Positions 11,806 to 25,889 of a stretch of 64,000 nucleotides of DNA are shown piece by piece. Under the pieces are notes generated by a model that was not told where the DNA came from, made no database searches, and saw only the letters and a list, made by a program, of their open reading frames with translations. The stretch's first letter is position 1. Each line of letters begins with the position of its first letter. This DNA is from Octopus vulgaris (Eukaryota), in contig OX597814.1 of assembly GCA_951406725.2 (NCBI GenBank), forward strand, positions 143,840,001 to 143,904,000, read 5' to 3'. The position numbers and the translations under genes are program-made.

Positions 11806-13595
11806 CTGAAATTAGAAATACATTGCATATAATGCTGATAACAATTTTAAATGAGGCATTAATATATTTTATTATTCGGAAAGAGAGTTCTTTCTATACG
11901 TGATATCTGGTAATTAAATAGTAAAGATCTTTGCAAACCAAATAGATAAAGTTTTTAATTTCATTTGATACACCTTAATTTTTCTTCAGACAGTTATGTT
12001 CTAGCCAAGACCTGAATTTCAGACTTACTCCTTGGTGTAATTACTTTTGTTACACGTTCGACCAGTTCATCTAGAATTATTTTAAATATTACATATAAGA
12101 CATAAGATTTCTTTTAAGTGTGTAGTATTTCAGTATACAAATATATTTCACTACCTTGTGTTGCCTCTTATATTTCCTGAAATATATCTATATTTCAGTT
12201 TTCTTCGCGACACTACCGTGTGACAGTAAACATGCCTCATTACAGTAATTATCAAATGCAAAGTAAAGGTGGACTACAGGAAAAAAATCGTTACAGAGTC
12301 GGATGAAATGCCTTGCGGTATTTCTTCTGACATATTACGTTCTGTGATTAACTTTGCCATAAAATTTTCTATCCGCCAAAATTTTAGGTCTTGTGCTTAT
12401 GTTAAAAATTTTGGGTGGCGAGCTAACAGAATTGGTGGAACATCTGAAACAGCGTCTTGCAGTATTTCTTCTGGCTTTTCACGTTTGGTTTTCAAATACC
12501 ACCGAAACCAGTCTTTGGTTTTAAGCTCTTCGGGTTCGATAAAATGAAGTGCCATTCAAGTAGTGTAGTTTATAATAACGACTAGTCTGTACCCTTAAAA
12601 TTACTGGCCTTGTGTCTTAATTAGAAACCGTGATATGTAAGATATGGGTGCTGGATTGGAAGAACCCTTACTGTGTCGGGCAAAGTACATTGCGGTATTT
12701 GTTCTGGTCTTTACATTCTGAGTTAAAATCCCGCATTGCTCGGCTTTACCTTTCATTCTTCTGAGGTCGAGTTCCAATTAAATACTGAGCCAATTTGATG
12801 AATTAATCTCTTAAGTATGTAGCCTTATACTTATGTTATAAATGATTAAATGAAGTGCAATATGGATACTGTAATCAGCAGAGTCGAACAATATAACTTG
12901 CGTCTGGTTTCAAATAATACCAGTATTGAGTTTACTTTTTATCGTCCTTAATTCAATAATATAAGGACAGTCTCATATTGAGGGCGATTTAAGGAAATAC
13001 ATTCTCTCCAAAATTTGTTGCCATCTGCCAATGAAAGAGAACATTCTTAAATTTAGCACTTACATGTCCTCTTATCAATCGATAATCAAAGTTTAAATTT
13101 ACTCAGGATTAAGTTTGCCTGTTTTCACGCAATGTCAATTAAATATAATAAGAATGTTGTGTGTAGCTTCATGTCTGTCCTAATCGAGTTGACGAGACGT
13201 ATGGTATATATTTGTAGTCATTCGAACCGAACAACGAGTTACGAACTGCAAATCCAAAGTTTGGATATTTAATACCTCCGTCTTCTGTGCATATAATACG
13301 CTGTAATTGAATATATGGTGGTGCAGTGTTTCACTCTACCCGCGCTGTACTCTCTTCACTGTTTTTGTTTTGTATCCTTTTAGATTTTCGTGGTGGCCAG
13401 AGTGAAGGAAGACAAAGAAAATTTTGTCCGAATATAAAAAATGATTCTCCTCTACACTTATTTAAACTGTGCATTCCAGCACCACACCTAAACGTAAAGA
13501 AGCAATTCATTTCTTTTGTGCTTTTGTAATGTTTGGTTGAACTGACTGGGAGTGATCGTAACTTAAAATACTGTTGCAATATTAATCTGCAGTAA

Positions 13596-14010
13596 GGCGG
13601 CGAGCTGGCAGAAACGTTAGCACGCCGGGCGAAACGCGCATCCGTATTTCGTCTGCCGTTACGTTCTGAGTTCAAATTCCGCGAGGTCGACTTTGCCTTT
13701 CATCCTTTTGGGGTCGATAAATTAAGTACCAGTTACGCACTGGGGTCTATATAATCAACTTAATCCGTTTGTCTGTCCTTGTTTGTCTTCTCTGTGTTTG
13801 GCCCTTTGGTGGGTAGTAAAGAAATAGGTATTTCGTCTGTCGCTACGTTCTGAGTTCAAATTCCGCCTTTGCCTTTCATCTTTTTGGGATCGATAAATTA
13901 AGTACCACTTACACACTGGGGTCGATGTAATCGGCTTAATCCCGTTGTCTGTCTTTGTTTGTCCTCTCTATGTTTGGCCCCTTGTAGGCAATAAAGAAAC
14001 AAGAAATAAG
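13596..14010 (+). mobile_element. Dimeric SINE family A in the intron of peptide gene 1
   Basis: tRNA-like head, gagttcaaattc B-box, and cctttcatcc..ggggtcgataaattaagtacc core present twice. Confidence 0.85.
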
Positions 14011-14075
14011 AAAACAGTTAAAATATTTATAAGAAAAGTTAGTGTAGATACACGAAATTCAGTCACATGACTTAC

Positions 14076-14246
14076 CCACGCTGTTCGGCACCCGCACTTG
14101 CATAACTTGGTGCATGTAACTCTCATAGCATTGCGACATTGTACGGCTAAGCATTTAGACAAGCAATTATTCGGAAGGAACACTGCTTCTACTCCAACAC
14201 ACAACACCAATGATATCAACATACATTTTAAAGTTAAGGAAACCAT
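14076..14246 (-). CDS. Cys-rich secreted peptide gene 1, first coding exon (MVSLTLKCMLISLVLCVGVEA-VFLPNNCLSKCLAVQCRNAMRVTCTKLCKCGCRTAW)
   Basis: Polypyrimidine NAGNAG acceptor (ttttttttctagcag) just before ATG; signal peptide; 7 mature Cys; donor TGG/GTAAGT at 14075; two paralogues in the window. Confidence 0.88.
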
Positions 14247-15099
14247 TTTCTGCTAGAAAAAAAAGAACGCACGACAATTAATACAAATATATGGTAATAT
14301 TTCTGTATATACAAACATAAATATAAACTTTCTATTTCCTATTCAAAAAAATATTCCTCATATATATTAATTTTAAATAAATAAGGTAGAATGTACATTA
14401 TTTTGAGTTCAGGAAGAGAGCCATAATATTTGAAATATATCTAACCGTGAGATGATGTGAGAGTTGTCACTACTTCTCGTTTTCTCTCTGTCTGTCTCCC
14501 CACCACCACCACCACCACCACAACCACACGCATATATACATTGCCGCCTGCTGGCAATGAGTAAATCTTATAAGGGTAAAATCCCAATCTTTCTCTGCTA
14601 TTCTTACAGCTTTATTGCGTTCGAAATTTCCTTTGTCTGTAAAATACTGAACACATTCAACGCTTCCAAAGTTTGTTTGTAAAAATTCGAAAGCTACGAT
14701 TTAGCATTAAAATTGATAGTAATTCTTGCCAGGGGCCCAGTCGGTATCTCAGGAATACAGGTTTGACACCTGTAGCTGTCTGTTGGCAACATTTTCCCGT
14801 CCTGTAAGGGTAAATACTCAATCTTTCTCTGCTGTTCTTACAGCCGTAGTGAAATATATAGACAGTACAAGGTTTTGATGTGGCTGCGTGTATGTTATTG
14901 CAAGATTTCATACAGAGATGAAAGAATAAATACATGATCTATACATCTAATATATAAAATATTTTCAATTCTTCTATCGATGATAATACATGGAATCAAA
15001 TTGTAGAAACTAGTTGAATGAAGTAATCTATGCAAGAAAGTTCAGAGATAGGAAATGTAGAACAAGTGGTAGCTTTCAGTCATGTCTAGTATAAGGCGT

Positions 15100-15264
15100 A
15101 GAGAAATAGACGTACATAGCAACGCAAAATCGAAGACTTTCCAGGACCTTGTTCGTCAACTCCTTTGTATTGACGATGTAGTTGTCGTTGCTCACACAGA
15201 AGAAAACATGAAGGTTATAATGGATCTCTTCCTAGGGAATGCACTGCTTTCGGAAATACAATCA
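15100..15264 (+). mobile_element. RTE LINE fragment similar to 875-1048
   Basis: Shared aaaatcgaagacttt...aactcctttgtattgacgatgtagtt...gcactgctttcggaaatacaatca. Confidence 0.7.
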
Positions 15265-15519
15265 CATTTGTTCTCTACTTATTATTTCTTTAACCCTTCT
15301 CTTTCTAGTATCTGCCTTTGACGTCGAATCCACTAACGGTTTTTTAAAAATACTTAATAACGTTCTGTTTATCATTTATGCAGTTATCGTAATTGTTATA
15401 ATGTCTTGTTGTTTAGATAGGCTCTCTTTCTTTCCTGATGAGAAGATTGCATTTTACGACGTTGATTCCTTTGGAATAAAACCAATATTGTCTTCGAAAC
15501 ATATGTCGAGAGTAAAAGA

Positions 15520-16370
15520 ATTTTAATAACATATGCGTTCAACTCCATTTGTTGAAGAGATGGAGCAGCTTCTTGCCCTTTAGGTTGAAAGGCAGAATCA
15601 TCAGCAAGCAAACTGTAGCCAGGAAATAATTCTGGAGAAAGCATTGTCTTTTTTTGAAGATTTGAAAAAGAAATATCCAGATGAGAAAGACGTAGAATTT
15701 AAGGCAAACCAGGGATAGCTTATGAGATTTAAGTAGCGTTGCAATTTACACTCTCTCAAAAAACAAGGTGAAAGCGCATCAGATAACGACGTTGCTGCAG
15801 CGGAATTTCCTGCGAAGATTATTGAAAATAATAGGTTTCTACCTAATTATTGAAAATATAGATTTCTACCCGATTATTGAAAATAGATTTTTTCCCGAAT
15901 CAATGATGATGAAACAAAACATCTACTGGAAGAAATTACCAGATCGTTCTTTCATATCCAAGGAAGAGAAAAGAATTCCTGGCTAGAAAGTATCAAAAGA
16001 ACGTTTTACCTTAATCTTTGGAGGCAATTGTACAGGCCATTGCAAGCTAAAACCACTGCTTGCGCTGAACCCCTGAGTTCTTAGGAATATACTCAAGTCA
16101 TTTCTTCCTGTAATATGGATGGCCAGTTCAAAGGCTTGAGTCACTGTCATTATTTTTCAAGAATGCTTTCTCAATCATTTTGTTCCTGAAGCAGGAAAAA
16201 GTGTTCTAAGACTGAAGAGATTCCTTTTAAAGTTCTGCTTGCCATAGATAACGCTCCTATCCATCCGAAAAACATGGGATATTTCCATCCCAACGTTACC
16301 GTTATCTTCTTTCTTCCTATCTCGCTGTTGCAACCAATAGACCAGGGGATAATTGCCATCATTAAGCTAG
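15520..16370 (+). mobile_element. Decayed Tigger (pogo) transposase
   Basis: Broken frames: DET-x-IYWKKLPDRSFISKEEK..PG, GGN..G..KLKPLL, FKVLLAIDNAP-x-HP, LQPIDQGII. Confidence 0.8.
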
Positions 16371-17362
16371 TATATGAAGCACCATATTAACTGTGATATG
16401 AAATTTATTTCTCTTAACTTAATGGGCAACATCTTAACTGCGACGTGAAGTTTATTTCCCTATATGTGCTTATGCAGTTATTTTGAAACGTTTGGGTTTT
16501 CTTATAGATATAAAGTTCAGTCGCAAATTAAATTTTAAAACCTGACAATGAAGACTCAAGCCTATTAAAGCCCATTCATTGTATTCAGTTTCCTGATGTC
16601 ATCAACAGTATAGATTTAAATGCAATCTCGTGAACCCCATTTTCTTTCTTTCTCACTTTGCTTATATATATATGAAAAATAACTGACATTCAGATGAATT
16701 AGGTAATTAAGTTGAGGCACCAAAATTTAGTGCGGTATTATCCATACAACTTCACAATAAGGTGAATAAAACCAAAATACGCAACAGGATATCCAGAAGT
16801 GATGCAGTACGACCATTTCAAGCATCTCCATTTAATTGAACAATGCAATCATTACATAAATTTAAATGCAGAGCTATCCTCATCTGCATGAATAAATAAA
16901 TAAATAAATAGAATTAATTTAAAAAGTCGGACACATATAATTTTACCTAAATCCTCTAAGAGGGTAGGAAGAGAGACAAAGTCCATACTGTTTTCACTTC
17001 AGGTTAGAAGCTACTAAGACATCAGGAAAAAAAGAAACTTGTTAGGATTCTAGCTTGTCACTTATTTTGGGGGTCGGTTTTAATTTATAGTCCTAGTTTA
17101 TCAAATCTTTGTATAACAAAATCTAAGACAATAGAACAGTGTCTGTTAAGAAAAGGCATGAGGGAGATGACAGAATCATAGTGGGTATAGTCATAAAACT
17201 TGTCAAGATTATTCTGAAGTCGTGTAAAGTAACTGGCTATAATGTGGTTTGGTAAAGGAAGATATTAAATCAAGATTTAATTACTAGTTAAAGGGGCAAG
17301 ACTCTAATTAAACAAACGATGATAATACAGGGGAAAGTTTTATCATGGGGTACTATAGTTGA

Positions 17363-17656
17363 ATGATTTATATAATATTGTTATATTGTATAAAGATAAA
17401 ATTTAGGGTTATCAATAATACTAAGATTAATAATAGTAATTCTCCTACTTGCAATTGTAGAGCTGGATCCCACTGTCCGTTATTAGGCCGTTGTCTTATC
17501 CAGAACGTGATTTATAAATGTACAATCATAACTATAACTGGTAACTTTATATATATTGGATGTTGGATTAATATGAAAAATCAACTTTATGATCATTTTC
17601 CGTCTTTTAGACTTAAACATAAGGCTAATTGTACGTCATTATCTAGTGGGATTTGA
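17363..17656 (+). mobile_element. Penelope-like GIY-YIG endonuclease fragment
   Basis: CNCR...CPLLGRCL..NVIYKC...YIG motif. Confidence 0.7.
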
Positions 17657-18048
17657 GTTCTGTGTTTACATTCCTGTAACTTAGCGGTTGGGCAAAGTGA
17701 TGGATAGAATAGCCTTTGAAAAATAAGTCCGAGGCTCAATTCGTTCTACTAAGATTCTTCAAGTCGGTGCCCCAGCTTGACTAAATAAAGTGAAAGATAT
17801 ACACATATATATACACGTATATATACTTATATGTATGTATGTATGCATGATTATATACACGTTTCAAAACTTCATAATATGAATGGTGGCCCTTAAATAT
17901 TATATAATATAATAGTTACTTACTGAATGAAGTGTTGGTCACCAAATCAGTTTAGCGGAGTTTACTTTCGTTCTGACATGAAATTTCAATTAGACACGGA
18001 TATTTATATATACACCTATGTAAAAAAAAACACCACACACACACACAC

Positions 18049-18124
<76 letters not shown>

Positions 18125-18610
18125 ACACACATACGAAAAAGTATATATATACATTCAAACGATCAACCAATGAATTTGTCCATTTGTCCATGTATAGTAT
18201 TTATAGTCAACATCTGTCTGTACAGCACCTTACTTTTTCTATAGATCAATGACTTTCCCTACTATTGTTCGATTCCTTTCAGAACTAAGTTCTCAGTTTC
18301 TACACTGACAAACGACTTTATTGAAGCTCTAAGAATGGCTTAAGATATATTTTGTGATTTCTGCTTCTTTTGTGTTATGAATTATCTTTGATGATTTCTG
18401 TAGATCATGTGATATATCATTTGGTCACAGTGGTGTAGGTAGTGGAACGGGATAAATATATTTCGCTTCGATCCAGAAGCAAATCCCTTCTTCTCCGGCA
18501 CTTTAATTGAATGTACTCAATTTTTGCCATTATAGTTTCAATTGTTCGTGTGTAAAGCAACATATTGTGTACGTACTTTATAATTATACTTAGATACACA
18601 CACATATATA

Positions 18611-18699
<89 letters not shown>

Positions 18700-18875
18700 G
18701 AATGTTAATAATCTAGTTTTAAAAATTTTCCGAACATTTTCGCTTGATGGGGATATATATCCAAGCGGGCACAATGATAGCAGGAGAAATGTTAGCGTAG
18801 GCGAGAGAATAAAGTACATAAATAGCCTCAAAAAATGGATAATTTTCCATCATCTGTTTATCTTAAACTGATTCA

Positions 18876-18931
<56 letters not shown>

Positions 18932-19011
18932 ATAGATAAAACTTACTTGGAAAAGGATGCGTGGCGTTCGATCAAATAATAAAATAAATAATATATAAAT
19001 ATATAAATATA

Positions 19012-19078
<67 letters not shown>

Positions 19079-19121
19079 GAGCAGATAATGTCTTACTTTT
19101 AGCTTATCTGTTTACTTGATT

Positions 19122-19210
19122 AAAGTTCACCTGACGATGGTAATTTTTTGCCATGATGTAATCTAAGAGTGCATCCATAAAACGCTACCGAAACAGTTGT
19201 TGTGAATTTT
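19122..19210 (+). ncRNA. Type I hammerhead-ribozyme-like motif (Penelope-associated)
   Basis: Stem I aaagttcac/gtgaatttt, core CTGACGA, stem II ggta/tacc, GAAAC-agtt-GTT. Confidence 0.55.
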
Positions 19211-19474
19211 GAAACCCACTTGTATTTTGAAACCCACTTGGAACCGAACCTGGACAGTTCACATTGGACTCGGTACTTATGTATATATGCATCCGTCTAT
19301 GTGTACTGCTATATGGAGACAGCTTGTGAGTGTATATATGCATACAGCATACAACCAACGAATGACAACTTGAAGTTGCGCCACAGTATTGTAATCTCAG
19401 TACTCGACTTATCCGGATGTCCTACATGTTGAAATATTTCTATTCTGACGAACACTGAAGTTGGCCTATACGTA

Positions 19475-19534
<60 letters not shown>

Positions 19535-19539
19535 CGTGC

Positions 19540-19650
19540 ATCTTCAAAACATAACTGGGTTTCCTCCTGTCAAGGGTTCCATATGAGCTTACATCACGGC
19601 AGAAAACACAGATGAGGGTAGCAGCGTCAAACTCCCTCATTCACCAATAG
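19540..19650 (+). mobile_element. 3' fragment of the same LINE family as 7843-11193
   Basis: Similar to 10968-11079 (tcctgtca..ggttcca.atga...tcacggcag...cagatgagggtagcagcgtcaaactccctcat). Confidence 0.75.
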
Positions 19651-20092
19651 TTAAAGAATTAAAGAACATGAATATATCTACCTATATGCAGCGTATCTCA
19701 AACATGTTTGCATACTTTAACAGCTGGTAAATCAAGTTTCATTTTTTTTTTAGATTTAATCGATTAAATATAATGAACAAATTAATAATATCTGGGTAAT
19801 AAAGATTTTAGAAATTTTCACTACCTGTGGCCTAGCGTGTAGAAAAATTAGTCAATAGACTATATATTGTTCATATAAATACAGCGTACATTTAAACACA
19901 TAAGAGGTATCCGTCATTAGGATTCCTTTCACGCCAGTCTGAAACTATGGTCCAGGAGATAGATGGTAAATGTCTTTATTTTTCATTCCCTTCGAGTTTT
20001 TATCCCTAATAGGGATTTTAACTTTAGCTGTTCTTTCTAGCTTGAAAGGAATACTAATGACGGATACCTCTTATGTGTTTAAATTTACACTG

Positions 20093-20132
<40 letters not shown>

Positions 20133-20139
20133 TATGATA

Positions 20140-20175
<36 letters not shown>

Positions 20176-20195
20176 TTGCATATATACATACACAC

Positions 20196-20253
<58 letters not shown>

Positions 20254-20281
20254 ATAGATACATACATACACACACACACAT

Positions 20282-20338
<57 letters not shown>

Positions 20339-20599
20339 TATAGTTGGTTAGTTATTTAGATATTCTGCTTCTCTTCATTAAGTTTGGTCGTTGAGTATTT
20401 TGTGTATTTTTTCCTTAAAATTATACATAATATTATCTTATAGTATAGAAACATAAAGCACTCAAAATCCAAACTTAAACTCCATAGTTATCAATATAAA
20501 TGAACATGAATACACGGTTACGAATGATCAAATGACAAAAAAAACCTCTGGAGCAAAGGGGTTTTCTTTATTTCAAACATACGTATCACTTTTTATGAC

Positions 20600-20844
20600 G
20601 TTCTCTGTTACCCGTTTCAGTCATTGCAAAGCATCCAATGTTACAGCACTGCTTTGAAGAGTTTGGTGAAATAAATTTTATGTTTCACGTCTGCTGCTCA
20701 TTCCATCGGTCTCTTTTGATGACACGTTAAGTTTCCATGATGTTAGCATACCAACACTAGTTGTAAAGCGATGAAAGGGTACAATCACAAACACAAAGAC
20801 TTGCAAGTGTGTGCGTATGCATGTGTGTTTGCGTGTGTGTGTGA

Positions 20845-20911
<67 letters not shown>

Positions 20912-21080
20912 TGCAACAGGCTTCCACACAGTTTCTATCTTCCAAACCCACTCACAAGTCATTGGTTGTACTGGGACTATAATAGAAGAAACTCGCCCGA
21001 AGTGACGAGCAGTGGGACTGAACCTGAAACTACTTAGTTGAAAAATGACCTTCTACACCACGCAGCAATGATTGCGCCTG
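20600..21080 (-). mobile_element. SINE family B, diverged copy
   Basis: gtttcagtca...ccactcacaa...ctataatagaaga...gggactgaacc layout around a CA/TA tract. Confidence 0.65.
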
Positions 21081-22126
21081 AAGACCTTTGTCTAACTATT
21101 GCAAACAACAACGATGCGCAAACCATGATTGTTATATAACGTTGAGCGTCCGATGTTTAACGTGATTAACTATACATATAAACTCCATAAGTAGTATGTC
21201 TTCTTTTTCTGCTGAAGATTACTCGTCCAACAACCCCTTATTGTATGGATAGTGAATATTGCGAAGTTTATTGAAAAAGGATCAAGGATCTACAATTTAA
21301 CACATCTGTTTATCTAAACCCTTTCAATGTGCGAACGTGTGCTTTAACAGAAAAGCCATTCCGACAAATTTTACCCATTTGATCATTGATAAAGAAGCGA
21401 TTAAAATCATCAGCTGGGAAAGAATTCGATTTCCCACGTGAAAAATCAAAAATTTGAATGAATGGTTGTAGTTTGTAAAAGAATAAAGGTCATTGGAAAG
21501 TCAGCATATTTTCTTTACGCGCTATTCTATTCATTCATATGACAAACATCACATGAAACCTCGAACAAAAGAAGTGAAATATCTTGCAAATTTCATAACG
21601 CTTTTGATAATACCTTCTCCTTTTCCCCTGTGTTTATTCTTTCAAATACATGTTAGGGTTCTCGACCATTTCTGCCTATGGACCCCTTTAATTTCTATTA
21701 CACTCAGGGAGGTGGGACCCTCATGGCCATTCGATGTCTAAAAACTCCTATTTTATGATTAAATATTATTTTATGATTAAACATCATTTTATGATTAAAT
21801 ATTATTTTATCATCATTTTATTTTATGATTAAGTATTAGTAGGAACTATATAAAAATTTGTTCAAATATTTTGTGCATTGTAGATATATAACCAGTTTAT
21901 TGCACATAAACTTTTACAACAAATTTTCATATGGATACCGGTTGAGAACCACGGTGTCAGATAATATTAATGATTATAAGGTATTTCAAAATCACATATA
22001 TGTATATGTATGTATATATACACACATACACGCGCGCACATCACACACACATATCACACACACATATCCATGCATGCATGCATCTATCCATCCATTCATA
22101 AATACATACATACATACATACATACA

Positions 22127-22160
<34 letters not shown>

Positions 22161-22559
22161 CATACATATATACATACATATATTCACTCAGCGTTTTTAT
22201 CAGGTGAACCCTGTGTGAGAGAGCAACTTAATGATACAAATAGGTTAAAAGTACTTACTCTTTATCCTTTGTTCATAACATGGGCAGATGTTATAAGTCA
22301 CATCACAAATACTTTTCCTTTTCATTTTCATTACCTTCATTCTTTCTTGTTTTATCTCATCGTGCCTCTTTTCCGTTCTCTCCCCGTCTTTCTCTCCCCT
22401 TCCAGTTTCTTTTAATCCTCTTTGTTATCTTTCTCCATTGGCAGCACTATCATCTAACAACATCCTTTAAAAGAAAATCACCCTACACGATCTGTCTTCC
22501 CCGTCCCTCTTTTCTTACCACCTCTCTATGTACAAGGAAAGGACAGGAGGCTACTGATT

Positions 22560-22910
22560 TAGGATGACATGCGAGCTTCGATTGAGGAGGAACGATGAGC
22601 AAATATGATAGGATGAGACGTCCGGAGAGCATAATTAAGATGGCGCTAAATGCAGCAAGTGGATTTACGCCAGAGCAATGGGTAGCAAGCAAAGTGCGAT
22701 CCCATCGAATTGTGGTGCAGAGAATTTACAGGCTTGTCTCTTTACAGAGCTGACAACATGCTTCACCTCACAGAGGACAGTAGGCAGAAGGCTATGAGGT
22801 TGGCGATGGAGGAAGCGGCGGTTACTTCAAGGTATTTACAGATCAGTTGTGAGCCTTGGAAAGGGAGTATTACCAGGGGTAGTGCTATTTGGAGGCATGC
22901 TGGAGCTTGA
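22560..22910 (+). mobile_element. 3' remnant of an RLE-type (HERO-like) non-LTR retrotransposon
   Basis: CDPIELWCREFTGLSLYRA...RQKAMR..EEAA..SRYL resembles the PIEVGCRGF..SL.RA...EAAE.ASRWLW C-terminus. Confidence 0.55.
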
Positions 22911-23746
22911 CTAAACCACTGCATTTCACCAATGTAGAACAACTTCTCATTTCCGTTGAATGTGTGTTCATAGCCTACACGATTTATTAGCCTAAAGAGA
23001 CTTTGAGACACCCGGTGTTTCGACGCGGTTGTGTATCCTCATCTAAAGATATCTCGGAGCAATGAATATGAAAAGATTTTGTGGCTTTTGTTTTTAAGTT
23101 CAAGAAACTAATTATATGTCGGAAAGAAAAAGGTGTCCTCCATTGACAAGATACAGCAACGATTAATATATTCATGTTCGAATCTACTGGAATGAATTAA
23201 GAATTAATACGTTGACCATCGTTTTGATTCACGTTGTTCATTGTGCACATTGTGCACATGACAATTTATTATCGGTTGGTGGATATTAGCACGAATCAAC
23301 AAATAGCTGTGTGTGTGTGTGTGTGTGTGTTTACATGTGTACGTGAGTATGAATATATATGTGTACACAAACACATATAATGCTGATGAAATCGATTGTA
23401 GTAAACTTTTGCACAAAGATGTAAGATTAAAAATGCTTTTCATAAAAGTGTATTTATATTTACAAAACTGATACGAAGTAAGTAGTGTTACTCCATGTAC
23501 AGAAACACAAACAAACGTACAGGCGCAGATATATATAGGCACACAGGCACACAGGCACACAGCAAGAAAGTAGTTAAAAAGCATAGCGCTTTATCTAGAT
23601 AATTTTTCCGACCTCTGTTGTGGGTCTTCAGGCTTTAAGCTCACTGGAAAAGGGTGATGTATTCTTCAAGTTTGAATATATACACATACACATGTGTATG
23701 TCTGCATGTATTGATATGCGAGTATGTGCATGCATACATACATACG

Positions 23747-23778
<32 letters not shown>

Positions 23779-23849
23779 TACATATATGTACGTGCATACA
23801 TACATACATACATACATACATACATACATACATACATACATACATACAT

Positions 23850-24403
23850 GAGGCCCAAAATTCCTAGTTCTTGTACAAATCTTAGAAAAACTAAAGGACC
23901 ACTGCAATAAGTGTGTGAATCTGAGAGGGGAATATGTTGAATAAAATCATAATATACTGACCCTCTTGTATTTTCTCTTACTGAAAGCCAGGTACTTTTC
24001 AGCACCATCTCGTACATACATACATACATACATACATACATACATACATACATACATACATACATACATACATACGAAGGGTGCTGAAAATTTCCTAGCT
24101 TTAACGATATTGAGAAAGGCCTGGTTAGAGTCCAACCTTTCGAGTTTTTTTTTTTTTACAGGTCTTAGAAAAGATGAAAGACCGCTACAGTAAGTGTGAG
24201 AATCTGAGAAGGGGAATGTAGTGAATTAAATCATAATTATAGGTGTAGGAGTGGCTGTGTGGTAAGTAGCTTGCTTACCAGCCACATGGCTCCAGATTCA
24301 GTCCCACTGCGTGGTACTTTGGGCAAGTGTCTTCTACTATAGCCTCGTGCCGACCAAAGCCTTGTGAGTGGATTTGGTAGACAGAAACTGAAAGAAGCCC
24401 GTC

Positions 24404-24492
<89 letters not shown>

Positions 24493-24750
24493 TGTGTCTG
24501 TGTTTGTCCTCCCAACATCGCTTGACAACCCATGCTGGTGTGTTTACATCCCTGTAACTTAGCGGTTCGGCAAAAGAGACCGATAGAATAAGCACTAGGC
24601 TTACAAAGAATAAGTCCTTGGGTCGATTTGCTCGACTAAACGCGGTGCTCCAGCATGCCACAGTCAAATGACTGAAACAAGTAAAAGAGTAACTAATCTT
24701 CCTATATTTTTTTTTACTCAATGCCAGGAAATTTTCGGCACCCCCTCGTG
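23850..24750. mobile_element. Two adjacent mariner-derived MITEs; the second is interrupted by a SINE
   Basis: TIR cgaagggtgctgaaaatttcctagc (24075) versus gccaggaaattttcggcaccccctcg (about 24748) and gccaggtacttttcagcaccatctcg (about 24012); both carry the mariner 3' end aagtgtg.gaatctgaga.gggaat. Confidence 0.7.
24241..24690 (+). mobile_element. Full-length SINE family B
   Basis: tRNA-like head ggagtggctgtgtggtaag...ttcagtccc; internal (TA)n(TG)n; 3' end gactgaaacaagtaaaagag; several copies in the window. Confidence 0.88.
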
Positions 24751-25466
24751 CAATTATACATACATACATACATACATACATACATACATACATACATACA
24801 AACTTACAAATACCATGTTGACATTGCTGAATTTCCAGTGAAGGAGTCTTAGATCTAGGTTATAACCCGGCTCCTTCTCTATTGGCAAGAAATCTTAAAA
24901 TAAAACTGAATAATGACATACATAGATAAATATATACGTACATCGCGATATCGAACAACACGCTTACATTCATACTCACCTATGACTATTCACACAGTAG
25001 AGCACACGTACACACTCGTGTGTGTGACTGTTTGTTAATAACATTTATTTGACTGGTACTTCAGATTGTACCTTTAATATTCCATTTCAACAACTGCTTG
25101 TAAAAAAATTTATCCATAACATCAGCAAATATTTTATTCCCTAAACAAGTTGATCAACTATACACGATACATACATATACACATGCACATACGCACACGC
25201 ATGCACACACATATACACACATACATATATGCATACATACATAGACACAATATATATATACATGGTTACTAATATATATATATATGGTTACTAATCTATA
25301 GCATTAGAGGGTATATAAAAAAGAGATTAATTTTAATTAAATCTAATACACTTAATTGGTTTCTTATTTCTTTCGATTTATAAAGCGTTGAGGAACGGGG
25401 AGTTGTGTCGCAAACAATATCGTTGTTCTAAAAAATCGTTTACTTTTATAGAGAGAATGTGACTCA

Positions 25467-25889
25467 AGGCGGCGAGCTGGCAGAAACGTTAGCACGCCGG
25501 GCGAAATGCGTAGCCGTATTTCGTCTGACGTTACGTTCTGAGTTCAAATTCCCCGAGGTCGACTTTGCCTTTCATCATTTCGTTGTCGATAAATTAAGTA
25601 CCAGTAACACACTGGGGGTCGATATAATCGACTTAATCCGTCTGTCTGTTTGTCCCCTCTGTGTGTAGCCCCTTGTGGGCAGTAAAGAAATAAGACACGT
25701 TTGCATGCCGGGCGGAATGCTTCGCGGTATTTCGTCTCTCTTTACGTTCTGCGTTCAAATTCCGCTGAGGTCGACTTTGCCTTTCATCCTTTCGGGGTTG
25801 ATAAACTAAGTACCAGTTGTGTACTGAGGTCGAGGTAATCGACTGGCTCCCTCCCCAAAAATTTCGGGCCTTGTACCTAGAGTAGAAAA
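25467..25889 (+). mobile_element. Dimeric SINE family A with target-site duplication
   Basis: Flanked by gagagaatgtg(a/g)ctca at 25451 and 25890. Confidence 0.88.

Noticed and set aside
13596-13680. tRNA-like A/B boxes here and in the other SINE heads
   Set aside because: No complete cloverleaf; they are heads of multi-copy SINEs with target-site duplications
18317-18530. Minus-strand GC-richer patch followed by AATAAA, a possible terminal exon
   Set aside because: No convincing splice acceptor and no homology to the cluster
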